Part shown: in pieces, positions 6,600 through 14,452 of the stretch
Layout: the number at the start of each line of letters is the position of its first letter
How positions within the stretch are numbered: position 1 is the stretch's first letter
Source: an uncultured virus (IMG/VR IMGVR_UViG_3300010283_000001)
Lineage: Duplodnaviria; Heunggongvirae; Uroviricota; Caudoviricetes
IMG/VR virus record: IMGVR_UViG_3300010283_000001
DNA length: 21,394 nucleotides
Reading direction: 5' to 3' (one strand)
Notes under the pieces: generated by a model
The model's input: the letters and a program-made list of their open reading frames with translations, nothing else
Database searches by the model: none
What the model was told of the DNA's origin: nothing
Position numbers and translations under genes: made by a program

Positions 6600-6676
6600 T
6601 TAAATGATAATCATTCTTATTTATAGCTGATTATTTATGCAATAAACTGAATAATGCAATAATGATAATCATTCTT
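6600..6676. promoter_or_regulatory. two Fur-box matches
   Basis: TTAAATGATAATCATTCTT 6600-6618 (14/19) and AATAATGATAATCATTCTT 6658-6676 (16/19) versus GATAATGATAATCATTATC. Confidence 0.7.
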
Positions 6677-6970
6677 AACTTATGACCATCTAACCTATAA
6701 AATAATAAGTTATCTAACTAAATTAAAACTAATTATCTCACCTTTATTTATAACTTACTGTTACTATCTCATTGATAACCTTATATTAAACAACAATAAC
6801 CAATATAAATCATTACTAAGCTAAATATAATCTATCTAACCTTTAAAACTATAACTATAATCTATCGAATTGTTGCACAAAGTAACTATTAAATTGTTAG
6901 TAACATTACTAAATAATTAATATCCTATCTATTTATGATCTAATCTTTACCTTCCTATCTATTACCTAAA

Positions 6971-7001
6971 TAATCATTTCATACAGTAATCATTTCATAC
7001 A
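6971..7001 (+). repeat. tandem direct repeat TAATCATTTCATACA x2
   Basis: 6971-6985 and 6987-7001 are identical. Confidence 0.9.
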
Positions 7002-7066
7002 ATAATTATAACAAGAAATATAATTCGCAAGCGTATCATTAGCAGCCTATGCCGGACACATAGGCG

Positions 7067-7212
7067 GCTAATAATAACGCAACTACACACCCCACATAAT
7101 AACCATCACCGATAGTTATTATTTGTGCTTATGTAGCTTGCAACAATTGCAAGCGCAACAATATACATGGTATATTGTATCCCTTACATTGTTGCGGTGC
7201 GTTATTATTAGC
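7067..7212. repeat. 15-bp perfect inverted repeat enclosing several hairpins
   Basis: GCTAATAATAACGCA 7067-7081 / TGCGTTATTATTAGC 7198-7212. Confidence 0.9.
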
Positions 7213-7501
7213 TAATGTTTAGAACATTGGCTATAATATAAGCTGCATATAATAAGCATAGCGAAGAATAATACTGATGATCATAATGCGCCACCCTCCA
7301 GGGGGCGCTATGTGCACACAAAGAAATCTTTCTTGTCAAGAAAAATATTACTACTATTGCGCAAAATTATTTATATCTGAATAGATGATTTTTTATGCTA
7401 TTGGCCCTAATTATACCCCCTTTTGTTGAGCCTACTTTCTTAAAAGCGCAATAAATCAGAATTATCTTGATTTTTAGTCGGTTTTATAGTACAGAAAGTA
7501 T

Positions 7502-7520
7502 GCAAATGATAATCATTATC
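7502..7520. promoter_or_regulatory. Fur-box match
   Basis: GCAAATGATAATCATTATC, 17/19 to consensus. Confidence 0.75.
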
Positions 7521-7597
7521 AGCTATCTTCCACGGTTGGCACTATTTCACGCAGGATCATTTCATTTGGCAAGGTGTATATAGATGTTTAGAAATGC

Positions 7598-7610
7598 CAA
7601 GCCATTGATT
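7598..7610 (-). promoter_or_regulatory. IHF consensus site
   Basis: Minus strand AATCAATGGCTTG = WATCAANNNNTTR. Confidence 0.55.
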
Positions 7611-7690
7611 TACTTAGAATTTATCTGTTTTGTTGTGAGTAATGCCTTTCTTGCTCAGAAAATAATCAAAAGTCTTATAAGTCATTGAAT

Positions 7691-7715
7691 GATAATGCAA
7701 ATGATAATTATTCTC
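7691..7715. promoter_or_regulatory. overlapping Fur-box matches
   Basis: GCAAATGATAATTATTCTC 7697-7715 (15/19) plus GATAATGCAAATGATAATT 7691-7709 (14/19), offset 6 bp. Confidence 0.7.
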
Positions 7716-7803
7716 ATTGATATTTGAGGGGGACGGTCGGCAGAAATCGGGGGGCGCTGAAAATCGCGTTAAGCACCTCTCGCAAGCGAGCAGTATTTTG
7801 CGG

Positions 7804-7816
7804 CAAGTTATTGATA
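7804..7816 (-). promoter_or_regulatory. IHF consensus site
   Basis: Minus strand TATCAATAACTTG. Confidence 0.55.
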
Positions 7817-7935
7817 TTATTGACTTTACGCTTATGAAAAGGGGGTGTGTCGAAATAAATCGGGTATACCGGAAAATTTTTGTGGCATAGATATTTATTT
7901 GTCTATATTATGTACAAAGGGGTGTGTTAAAAATA

Positions 7936-7972
7936 ATAGGTATATATAGAATAATTGATAGGGAAATCCTAT
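7936..7972. promoter_or_regulatory. OxyR-like box
   Basis: ATAG-N7-taga-N7-ATAG-N7-CTAT; three of four tetrads exact. Confidence 0.45.
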
Positions 7973-7990
7973 ACTAATCCCTATACTAAT
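7968..7990 (+). repeat. tandem repeat CCTATACTAAT x2
   Basis: 7968-7978 and 7980-7990. Confidence 0.85.
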
Positions 7991-8023
7991 TCCTCCATTA
8001 ATGATGTTCCTATGTTACTGTTC

Positions 8024-8052
8024 TTGTAATAGATGAAAAGACGCTGTATGAT
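8024..8052 (+). promoter_or_regulatory. sigma70 promoter opening the right-hand gene run
   Basis: TTGTAA-17-TATGAT. Confidence 0.7.
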
Positions 8053-8089
8053 GTGTGGCATGAAACGTAAACTTATAAAGGAGTCTGAT

Positions 8090-8467
8090 ATGTGTGTTCC
8101 TCTTAGCAGTCCACTGCTGTTAGAATTTTATAAAGCATGGATGGAAGATCATTCCTCAATGCATCGTGAGAATGTTGGCTTGTGTATTTGCCTTATGGAT
8201 TATCTGGCAACCACTATGTCAAAGAAAAAACCTACGCAAGAAGATATAGAACATTTCAAGATGGTTCGTAGTAAAACGCTAGAAGAGATGAAATTGCAAT
8301 TCACGTGTGCTGGGCTATCATCATTCCTGCCCTTTAATGATGACCTTCTGTGTTATGAAGATGAAGGTAAGAAACATTCTTGCCATACGAACCCAGAGCG
8401 ATTGCAGTGGGTGAAAGATCGTATTGCCGATTCATGTTTGGTGTTAGGGGGTGATAATGAAAAGTAA
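8090..8467 (+). CDS. hypothetical protein, paralogue family A, 125 aa
   Basis: Start moved to ATG8090 (AAGGAG); GLC...QF..AGL...PFN...CH.N..R..WV motif. Confidence 0.9.
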   Translation: MCVPLSSPLLLEFYKAWMEDHSSMHRENVGLCICLMDYLATTMSKKKPTQEDIEHFKMVRSKTLEEMKLQFTCAGLSSFLPFNDDLLCYEDEGKKHSCHTNPERLQWVKDRIADSCLVLGGDNEK

Positions 8468-8825
8468 TATTCCGTTGAGTAGTGCAGCTTTAATACGATT
8501 CTATAAAGCATGGATTGCCAACCATCCGGCAATGAATCGCACAACGAGTGGCTTGTGTGGTTGTCTGGTAGATTATGTAGATGATTTTGTTGGTCAGGTA
8601 ACTAGAGAAGAAGATAAAAGATGGCGTGATCGTTTGTTGGATAGTTTGAAATACGAAATGAGGAAACAATTTACATGTGCAGGACTGGACTACAATCTTC
8701 CGTTCAATGTAGATTGCATGAATTACCTTTCAGAGTGTATAGACTTGGCGTGTCATACCAACACGTTACGTCTTCAATGGGTGAAAGACAGAATCGAAGA
8801 TGTAAATAATGCTTGCATTGAATAG
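8457..8825 (+). CDS. hypothetical protein, paralogue family A, 122 aa
   Basis: GGGGGTG SD; same motifs as the upstream gene. Confidence 0.9.
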   Translation: MKSNIPLSSAALIRFYKAWIANHPAMNRTTSGLCGCLVDYVDDFVGQVTREEDKRWRDRLLDSLKYEMRKQFTCAGLDYNLPFNVDCMNYLSECIDLACHTNTLRLQWVKDRIEDVNNACIE

Positions 8826-8840
8826 AAATGCCTGTACACT
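8813..8840 (+). promoter_or_regulatory. possible sigma70 promoter
   Basis: TTGCAT-16-TACACT. Confidence 0.5.
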
Positions 8841-8896
8841 GTGTTCCATAAAATATGCAATATCGCGCATAACAAAACTACTAATGAGAGGTGTAA

Positions 8897-9355
8897 ATGA
8901 AAACTGTATCTTTGTATCTTGCTAACACGGAGCGTGTACATAATCTTGTAAAAGAATGCGGTGTGAGTGTTCAATTTAACATAGGAAAGCCTTCCGTGGT
9001 GACAGGCAGTGAGATGTGTGTTATTGATTTCCTCAATGAATATTTTCGTGGAAAACCTATTGCTCGTCACTTCATTCAAGAAATGCGAGATGTACTACAG
9101 GCTTATGAATTCTACCCAGAAATTTGTGAACGCTATGAAACTATTCTTAGTTCTGTAGAAGATCCAGATACCAGTGAAATAGGTGTTTCCCACTTACTGT
9201 GGATGTTGAATGAAATTCAGGATGGGTGTAATGGTATGTCTGAAACCAAACGCCATCGTTGGCTAGGCTATATTCAGGGTGTTATGGTTATGAAAAACCT
9301 TATTACCGTTGATGATGAACGTAATGCTACGCGCCCTGTCTTTAATGGAGCATAA
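8897..9355 (+). CDS. phage hypothetical protein, 152 aa (HLLWM...K.HRWLGYIQG domain)
   Basis: ORF track; GAGG SD. Confidence 0.9.
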   Translation: MKTVSLYLANTERVHNLVKECGVSVQFNIGKPSVVTGSEMCVIDFLNEYFRGKPIARHFIQEMRDVLQAYEFYPEICERYETILSSVEDPDTSEIGVSHLLWMLNEIQDGCNGMSETKRHRWLGYIQGVMVMKNLITVDDERNATRPVFNGA

Positions 9356-9356
9356 C

Positions 9357-9572
9357 ATGAAAAGCATTCAGGTGTGTATTGAAAATAATTGTGGTTATCT
9401 GGGATTGACACATGTTGCTTTCCCTCTTATGTTAGATGCCGATATCGCTTACAGCGGAGTTGCTTATGTGTCATTCAAGACAATGAGCCAAGTACCTGGC
9501 TGGAAGTGGGAAGTAGTTGATGTTGTTGAAGGAGAAGACTATGTTTTCCTTCCACACGAATATACTGTTTAA
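9357..9572 (+). CDS. hypothetical protein, 71 aa
   Basis: Start moved to ATG9357 (GGAG); resembles the C-terminal part of 18695..19294. Confidence 0.8.
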   Translation: MKSIQVCIENNCGYLGLTHVAFPLMLDADIAYSGVAYVSFKTMSQVPGWKWEVVDVVEGEDYVFLPHEYTV

Positions 9573-9586
9573 AAGAGGAAAAGAAG

Positions 9587-9763
9587 ATGGATAAACAAAC
9601 TACTGTGTACTTAGTAACAAAGAATACCCCAGGCTGGAGCCAATGCAGCACTGTACCTTACAAAATCTGTGCAACACTAGAACTAGCACAACGTGCAGAA
9701 GCAGAAGTGAATGCCATGCAATACAGCTATGGTGAAATCATTCCTTTTACTCTTGAACAATAA
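9587..9763 (+). CDS. hypothetical protein, 58 aa (MDKQTTVYLVTK...)
   Basis: Manual translation; GAGG SD; fills the gap exactly. Confidence 0.8.
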   Translation: MDKQTTVYLVTKNTPGWSQCSTVPYKICATLELAQRAEAEVNAMQYSYGEIIPFTLEQ

Positions 9764-9774
9764 GGAGTTGTGTA

Positions 9775-10227
9775 ATGTTTGAAATTGGTAAAGTGTATCG
9801 TTTTAAAAACCCATCTTATATCCGTAAGTTTGCTAACGTGTCCGAGTGCAATAGCAGGATTGCTTCTTTTTTAGGTGATTCCTATTTTCGTGTATTAGAT
9901 GTGGATGATTGGTATGGTGTCACTGCTTTGCAATCCTTAGCAGGAGAACAAGAAATTATCGCTCAAAATGAAGGAGACTTTCTTCAGTGTTACACGTTGC
10001 TTGCAAAAAGTGAGTTTGAGTATTTTGTAGAAGTCTTAGAGGAAGCACCAAAAAGTAAACACGAAGAGAAATACCTGCTTGTAGTGGATGGAGTTCCGAT
10101 CATGGAAACCATCTCCCGTGAGGAAGTTGAAAAAGAGGCGAAACGTTACAAGCTGGATCGTACACAGAGTGTAGTTGAAGTCTATTCTCTTGTTGGTGTT
10201 GCAGATATTAGTGTGAACATCGTATAA
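9775..10227 (+). CDS. hypothetical protein, 150 aa
   Basis: ORF track; TAAGGAG SD. Confidence 0.9.
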   Translation: MFEIGKVYRFKNPSYIRKFANVSECNSRIASFLGDSYFRVLDVDDWYGVTALQSLAGEQEIIAQNEGDFLQCYTLLAKSEFEYFVEVLEEAPKSKHEEKYLLVVDGVPIMETISREEVEKEAKRYKLDRTQSVVEVYSLVGVADISVNIV

Positions 10228-10230
10228 TAT

Positions 10231-10443
10231 ATGTGTAATGACAGATACATTCTTCGTGTATCTGATAAGTCTCCTATGTTTGACTGGCGGGGCTGGTGGC
10301 TACTAGCTCCGATGCAAGGTCTGACAGACGTGGAAAAGGAGGCTTATGTGTATACAAAAGAAGAGATAGAAGATAGTCTTTATTTGACAGATAGCATTAA
10401 GAATGGTATCTTTGAGTGTAAATTGAAAGGAGAGGAAGAATGA
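10231..10443 (+). CDS. hypothetical protein, 70 aa
   Basis: ORF track; tight packing. Confidence 0.75.
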   Translation: MCNDRYILRVSDKSPMFDWRGWWLLAPMQGLTDVEKEAYVYTKEEIEDSLYLTDSIKNGIFECKLKGEEE

Positions 10444-10739
10444 CTATTACAGAAAAACTGCGCTGTATTGCAAAGCAAAGTGGAGAAGGTTTATGGTTTC
10501 CTATTGAGGAAATTATTCAGGACTGTTATGATCAGGCTAAGACTGGCAAATACTCCAAAGCATTTAAACCATCTGTTTTCGGTTTGGATGACTACCCAAA
10601 AAATGAACAAGCAAAGAAACGACAAGTTGATTTGATTGATCTTGCTATGGAAGCACTACGAGAGCATGGGCTTAGTAAGGTGTATGCTTTAAACACCAAA
10701 GAGGGCTTTGTAGATTCAGTGATCGTAGACTGGTATTAA
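10440..10739 (+). CDS. hypothetical protein, paralogue family D, 99 aa
   Basis: ORF track; GAGG SD; ATGA overlap. Confidence 0.85.
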   Translation: MTITEKLRCIAKQSGEGLWFPIEEIIQDCYDQAKTGKYSKAFKPSVFGLDDYPKNEQAKKRQVDLIDLAMEALREHGLSKVYALNTKEGFVDSVIVDWY

Positions 10740-10748
10740 GGAGAAGCC

Positions 10749-11117
10749 ATGCAAGAAAATAATAAAGTGTGTAACATGAAAAGCAGCCCCTATTTGCTAC
10801 AATTTTATGAATGGTGGTTAGAACAAGAAGATACAAACTTTAGCAAAAAGCACTATGGTCTTTGCACGTGTCTTGTAGACTTCTTGTACAATATTGCTTG
10901 GATAAAAGATGTTGAGAGTGTATCAAAGCTCCAATCCTCTGTGCGAGAGGAAATGAAGGAACAGTTTAAGAAAGCGGGTTTGAACCATTTACATCCGTTT
11001 AATACGGATTTCTCGCACTACTTTACGGAAACAGAACTAGGCATTGCACACCTTAATAAAGAACGTGTACAATGGGTGATTGATCGTATTCGTGATATGG
11101 AGGAATACAATGGTTAA
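10749..11117 (+). CDS. hypothetical protein, paralogue family A, 122 aa
   Basis: TAAGGAG SD; family motifs. Confidence 0.9.
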   Translation: MQENNKVCNMKSSPYLLQFYEWWLEQEDTNFSKKHYGLCTCLVDFLYNIAWIKDVESVSKLQSSVREEMKEQFKKAGLNHLHPFNTDFSHYFTETELGIAHLNKERVQWVIDRIRDMEEYNG

Positions 11118-11319
11118 GTTTAAAACTTTCTGTGCAATCACTGTTTGTCTTATTCTTGCATACGTGTTATTCTCTAGTATCATTCGTTTAGGTGAGTATA
11201 TGGCAAGAGAAGCTCGTGAAAGTGAAGCTAAAAAAGAACAGTGCATCGTGTTAAAGCACCAAAGGGATGCTGAAAAATTTCTTGAACAGGATTGTGGGCG
11301 CTATGTGAATTATAATTAG
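11110..11319 (+). CDS. membrane-anchored protein, paralogue family B, 69 aa
   Basis: Start moved to ATG11110 (GGAGG); N-terminal hydrophobic helix. Confidence 0.85.
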   Translation: MVKFKTFCAITVCLILAYVLFSSIIRLGEYMAREARESEAKKEQCIVLKHQRDAEKFLEQDCGRYVNYN

Positions 11320-11328
11320 GAGGGAAGT

Positions 11329-11577
11329 ATGTTAGATATTTTTACCTTTGATCGTGTTGGTACACCGATTACCGAAGAAGAACGTACCAAAATTGAACAA
11401 GAATTGGATGCTTTACGTGCGTCTCTTACAGACACAGCCTCACTACAACGTGAAGCTGCACATCTCACAGAGATCACTGGTATTCAGTGGAGCACGGAGT
11501 GGGTTGTAATTACAATTGAAGCGGATATTTGGGGACATGAAGAGACGCTACGTACCGGAGTAGTAACGGTTTGGTGA
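11329..11577 (+). CDS. hypothetical protein, 82 aa
   Basis: ORF track; AGGAGG SD. Confidence 0.85.
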   Translation: MLDIFTFDRVGTPITEEERTKIEQELDALRASLTDTASLQREAAHLTEITGIQWSTEWVVITIEADIWGHEETLRTGVVTVW

Positions 11578-11623
11578 TAGATGTTATTCTTTTGTGTTTC
11601 TTGATATATAAATAGGAGGGTTT

Positions 11624-11848
11624 ATGGTAAAACGTCTGGAATGGGATGCGTGTACTGCTCACGCTTGCCACTGTGATATTGTTGAAGATCCTAATGGAGA
11701 GATGGTGTATTATGAGGATTACGAAGCATTGCACAATGCTGTGATTGCTTTACTGGATGATATTAGCTCACGCTATCCAGGACAACAATTCACGTGTCCA
11801 CATATCCAACTATTAGCCGAACTTACGGAGTATCCAGGTGTTCCATAA
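11624..11848 (+). CDS. hypothetical protein, paralogue family C, 74 aa
   Basis: AGGAGG SD; CDIV.DP.G..V...DY..L motif. Confidence 0.85.
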   Translation: MVKRLEWDACTAHACHCDIVEDPNGEMVYYEDYEALHNAVIALLDDISSRYPGQQFTCPHIQLLAELTEYPGVP

Positions 11849-11849
11849 T

Positions 11850-12017
11850 ATGGGTGTCCCTGAACAACTGCTCTTTATTGTAGGATTAGTAGGCTTATTG
11901 GCGGCTGGCGCTAAAGCCGCTTCTCACACGCATCACATAATGTTAAGATTTCTGTTCCTACTCCCTTCTATCCTTGTATTATTAGTCATATTGATTGATA
12001 ACATTTTTCACAATTAA
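11850..12017 (+). CDS. small two-helix membrane protein, 55 aa
   Basis: Manual: MGVPEQLLFIVGLVGLLAAG...LRFLFLLPSILVLLVILIDNIFHN; fills the gap. Confidence 0.65.
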   Translation: MGVPEQLLFIVGLVGLLAAGAKAASHTHHIMLRFLFLLPSILVLLVILIDNIFHN

Positions 12018-12026
12018 GGAGAGGTT

Positions 12027-12611
12027 ATGAGTAAAATTATACCAAGCAGTTATGAATTATTGCAGTTTTATGTATATTACTTAGACTGGGTTAATAGATC
12101 GAATGTTAAAGACAATGCGATGTTTAGTAAAAACATCTGTTTAACAGAAAGTATCTTCCGTTATTGGCACACAGGCAGAAAGTGTACACACAGTGAAGCT
12201 ATGCGCATTGTAGGTGAATACCTGGAGCAATTGCAAAAAGCAGAACTTCCTGTCCTTCACCCATTCAACGAATCTAAAGAAGAATTAGAACAAGAGTGTA
12301 GAGAAGGTAAGTGCCATTTAAATGAAAAACGTATCGAATGGGTGAGGCAACGTTTAGCCGATGCAGGAAAGACTCCTAGTGACTCTGACTATACGTGGTA
12401 TGATGTAGAGGGTTTAGTTCAAGGTTTTGAGGCTTGTGCTATAGATAATACCAACTTTGCCAAAGTTTTATGTGAGGCTTATGATCTGGCAGATAAAATC
12501 CGAAATCACGGATGGAAACAAGAGCATAAAGAATCATATGAACGCCTTGACAAGATTTTCAAACAGATCTATTCTAACCACAAGAAGATGTTCCAAATGG
12601 AGGATGTGTAA
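12027..12611 (+). CDS. hypothetical protein, family A domain plus C-terminal extension, 194 aa
   Basis: TAAGGAG SD; LLQFY...PFN...CHLN..R..WV. Confidence 0.9.
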   Translation: MSKIIPSSYELLQFYVYYLDWVNRSNVKDNAMFSKNICLTESIFRYWHTGRKCTHSEAMRIVGEYLEQLQKAELPVLHPFNESKEELEQECREGKCHLNEKRIEWVRQRLADAGKTPSDSDYTWYDVEGLVQGFEACAIDNTNFAKVLCEAYDLADKIRNHGWKQEHKESYERLDKIFKQIYSNHKKMFQMEDV

Positions 12612-13297
12612 TGAAAGAGATTATGTTTGAAGGGCATTGTTACGAAGTTCCAGACAATGCAAATTTCATGGCTCGTGATATCACTGGAGATGTGTTCTGG
12701 TTTGAAGATGAACCTATGTTTTCTTCGAACAAACACTGGTTTTCACAACAATCTTCTTCGGAAAATATGACTTTTGGCTACGTAGAGCCTAAAGTACGTT
12801 GCAAAGCAGCTTCTTCTTTGGTAAAAATTTCCCAAGATGACCAAGAAAATACTCAAGATGTTGTTAGTGCGCTACTGAAGTACATTGCAGAACTTGAGAA
12901 GAAAATTAAAGAAGCAGAAACTAAGGTGAAAGCACGATCAGCAATCATCGAAACTATGTCTGAACGTATTTTAGAACTAGAAGATTTGTGTGGAGAGGCT
13001 TATCAAGTGGTTGGTGCGCTGGCGTGTGAAGCACAAATGTTTGAAACTTCAGAACAAGTTTCACATATGTTAGATAATTTGAGTGAATGTAAAATGATTC
13101 ATGGTGATGTATTGCCATTTTGTTGCAATGTTAACAAAACAGAGCAAACACAAGATTCAGAAACAGTTTATGTTCCGCTAATGTGTGTTCCAGATCATCT
13201 AAAAGGTGTATTCTCTTGTAAATGGTCGCTGTTGAGCGTTACTAATTGTGGTGAAAACTATTCTGCCAACATTGAATTGCTAAAACACGTTAAATAA
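12611..13297 (+). CDS. multi-domain hypothetical protein, 228 aa, central coiled coil
   Basis: GGAGG SD; TAATG overlap. Confidence 0.9.
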   Translation: MKEIMFEGHCYEVPDNANFMARDITGDVFWFEDEPMFSSNKHWFSQQSSSENMTFGYVEPKVRCKAASSLVKISQDDQENTQDVVSALLKYIAELEKKIKEAETKVKARSAIIETMSERILELEDLCGEAYQVVGALACEAQMFETSEQVSHMLDNLSECKMIHGDVLPFCCNVNKTEQTQDSETVYVPLMCVPDHLKGVFSCKWSLLSVTNCGENYSANIELLKHVK

Positions 13298-13307
13298 GGA
13301 GAGTAAT

Positions 13308-13712
13308 ATGTGGTCTGTTAAAATCAAATATAATGCGCAGTATTATGGTGGAAAGCCTTACGAAGTTGTTATTTGTGATTGTATCTCTAAAGAAGTTGCA
13401 CAGCTTTGTGGCGCTGGTGTTAGTGAAGCTATGAACAAAATGCATAACTCTACTGTGCGTTACTTGGATCAAGATATTCCAGAAGATGTAAATGACTATG
13501 CTTACGAAGTTATTTACAGTGAAGGTAAGAAGCTCTCTGTTGAAGATGCACTTAAAGCACTACCTGCTATGTGCAGCCCAACACCAGAAGCAGTTAAAGA
13601 GATTTTACCAGAATCCAACCCCGATGAATATGCTGCTATGGTTGCTTCGGACATGTGGAATCTCTGTCGAGAAACTATGATTAAAAATCTGGTGGAAATG
13701 GCGCATGAGTAA
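13308..13712 (+). CDS. hypothetical protein, 134 aa
   Basis: TAAGGAG SD. Confidence 0.85.
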   Translation: MWSVKIKYNAQYYGGKPYEVVICDCISKEVAQLCGAGVSEAMNKMHNSTVRYLDQDIPEDVNDYAYEVIYSEGKKLSVEDALKALPAMCSPTPEAVKEILPESNPDEYAAMVASDMWNLCRETMIKNLVEMAHE

Positions 13713-13923
13713 AACGCACTTTATACATCCGTTTGATCCAAAGAACAAGGCGGTTATACACCGCCGTTGGACTGAAACGCGCATTACAAAATGTCCTGTG
13801 CCAGCAGCACAGGAATATAACAAAACATATAAAGCAGAATTTGTGGAGTACACCTTTGTAAATAACAAAGGGAAGGAGGTTTATGTTCCAGAATACTGCC
13901 TTTGGATAAAATGGGAGGAATAA
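13705..13923 (+). CDS. hypothetical protein, 72 aa
   Basis: ORF track; overlapping chain. Confidence 0.8.
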   Translation: MSKTHFIHPFDPKNKAVIHRRWTETRITKCPVPAAQEYNKTYKAEFVEYTFVNNKGKEVYVPEYCLWIKWEE

Positions 13924-14090
13924 TGCAAACATTTTTTATCGACAAGTTCAATAAAAGTATGAACACGTGGATGGCAACATTCACTATGCAATTTGCGTCA
14001 TTTAAAGAAGCTCAAGAATGGTGCGATCAACACAAGGATTTTGATTTTTACTATCAAGTTAATGCAAACCTTTCTCCAGAGGAGAAATAA
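13923..14090 (+). CDS. hypothetical protein, 55 aa
   Basis: Start moved to ATG13923 (GGAGG, TAATG overlap). Confidence 0.8.
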   Translation: MQTFFIDKFNKSMNTWMATFTMQFASFKEAQEWCDQHKDFDFYYQVNANLSPEEK

Positions 14091-14091
14091 T

Positions 14092-14436
14092 ATGTTGGCT
14101 GATATTGAAATCCTTATGTACCGACAAGGTATGATCAAAATGTGGCTAGATTCTTTTAGCAACATATACTGCACAGTACGATCAGCAGACGAGCGTAAAA
14201 CGCTTATTTTATCTGCTATTGTTGATAAACAACGTTTCTTCAAAGAAATTTTGCAAACAGGCTTCTCCGATGCAGGAGTAGAGATTGCAACGCTTAGTCT
14301 TGGAGTGCTGTCTTACTTGGAATCCGTTGTTTTATATGTCTTCTCTTTAGAAGAACACTTGCAATTTGAAGCATTAAAACTTATCTTAGATGCTGCAATT
14401 GACATAGAACAAAATCGAATTGATTCTTTTGAATAA
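14092..14436 (+). CDS. hypothetical protein, 114 aa
   Basis: Start moved to ATG14092 (GGAG). Confidence 0.8.
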   Translation: MLADIEILMYRQGMIKMWLDSFSNIYCTVRSADERKTLILSAIVDKQRFFKEILQTGFSDAGVEIATLSLGVLSYLESVVLYVFSLEEHLQFEALKLILDAAIDIEQNRIDSFE

Positions 14437-14452
14437 AAATAAGGAGGAAACT

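Larger units (their letters stand above)
6356..8089. other. ~1.7 kb non-coding control region (candidate terminus/origin/injection signal)
   Basis: No ORF of 60 aa or more in the track between 6355 and 8033; AT-rich; many repeats and host-factor motifs. Confidence 0.8.

Noticed and set aside
7311..7339. Minus-strand promoter from TTGACA at 7334-7339
   Set aside because: No acceptable -10 at 16-18 bp; the hexamer is part of a palindrome
7464..7486. IscR type 1 site
   Set aside because: Half-site spacing is about 2 bp too short
6356..8089. tRNA genes or DnaA boxes in the gap
   Set aside because: No cloverleaf with a TTCGA T-loop and no TTATCCACA match seen by eye
13492..13680. Alternate-frame + ORF, 62 aa
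   Set aside because: Fully nested in 13308..13712 with no clear SD
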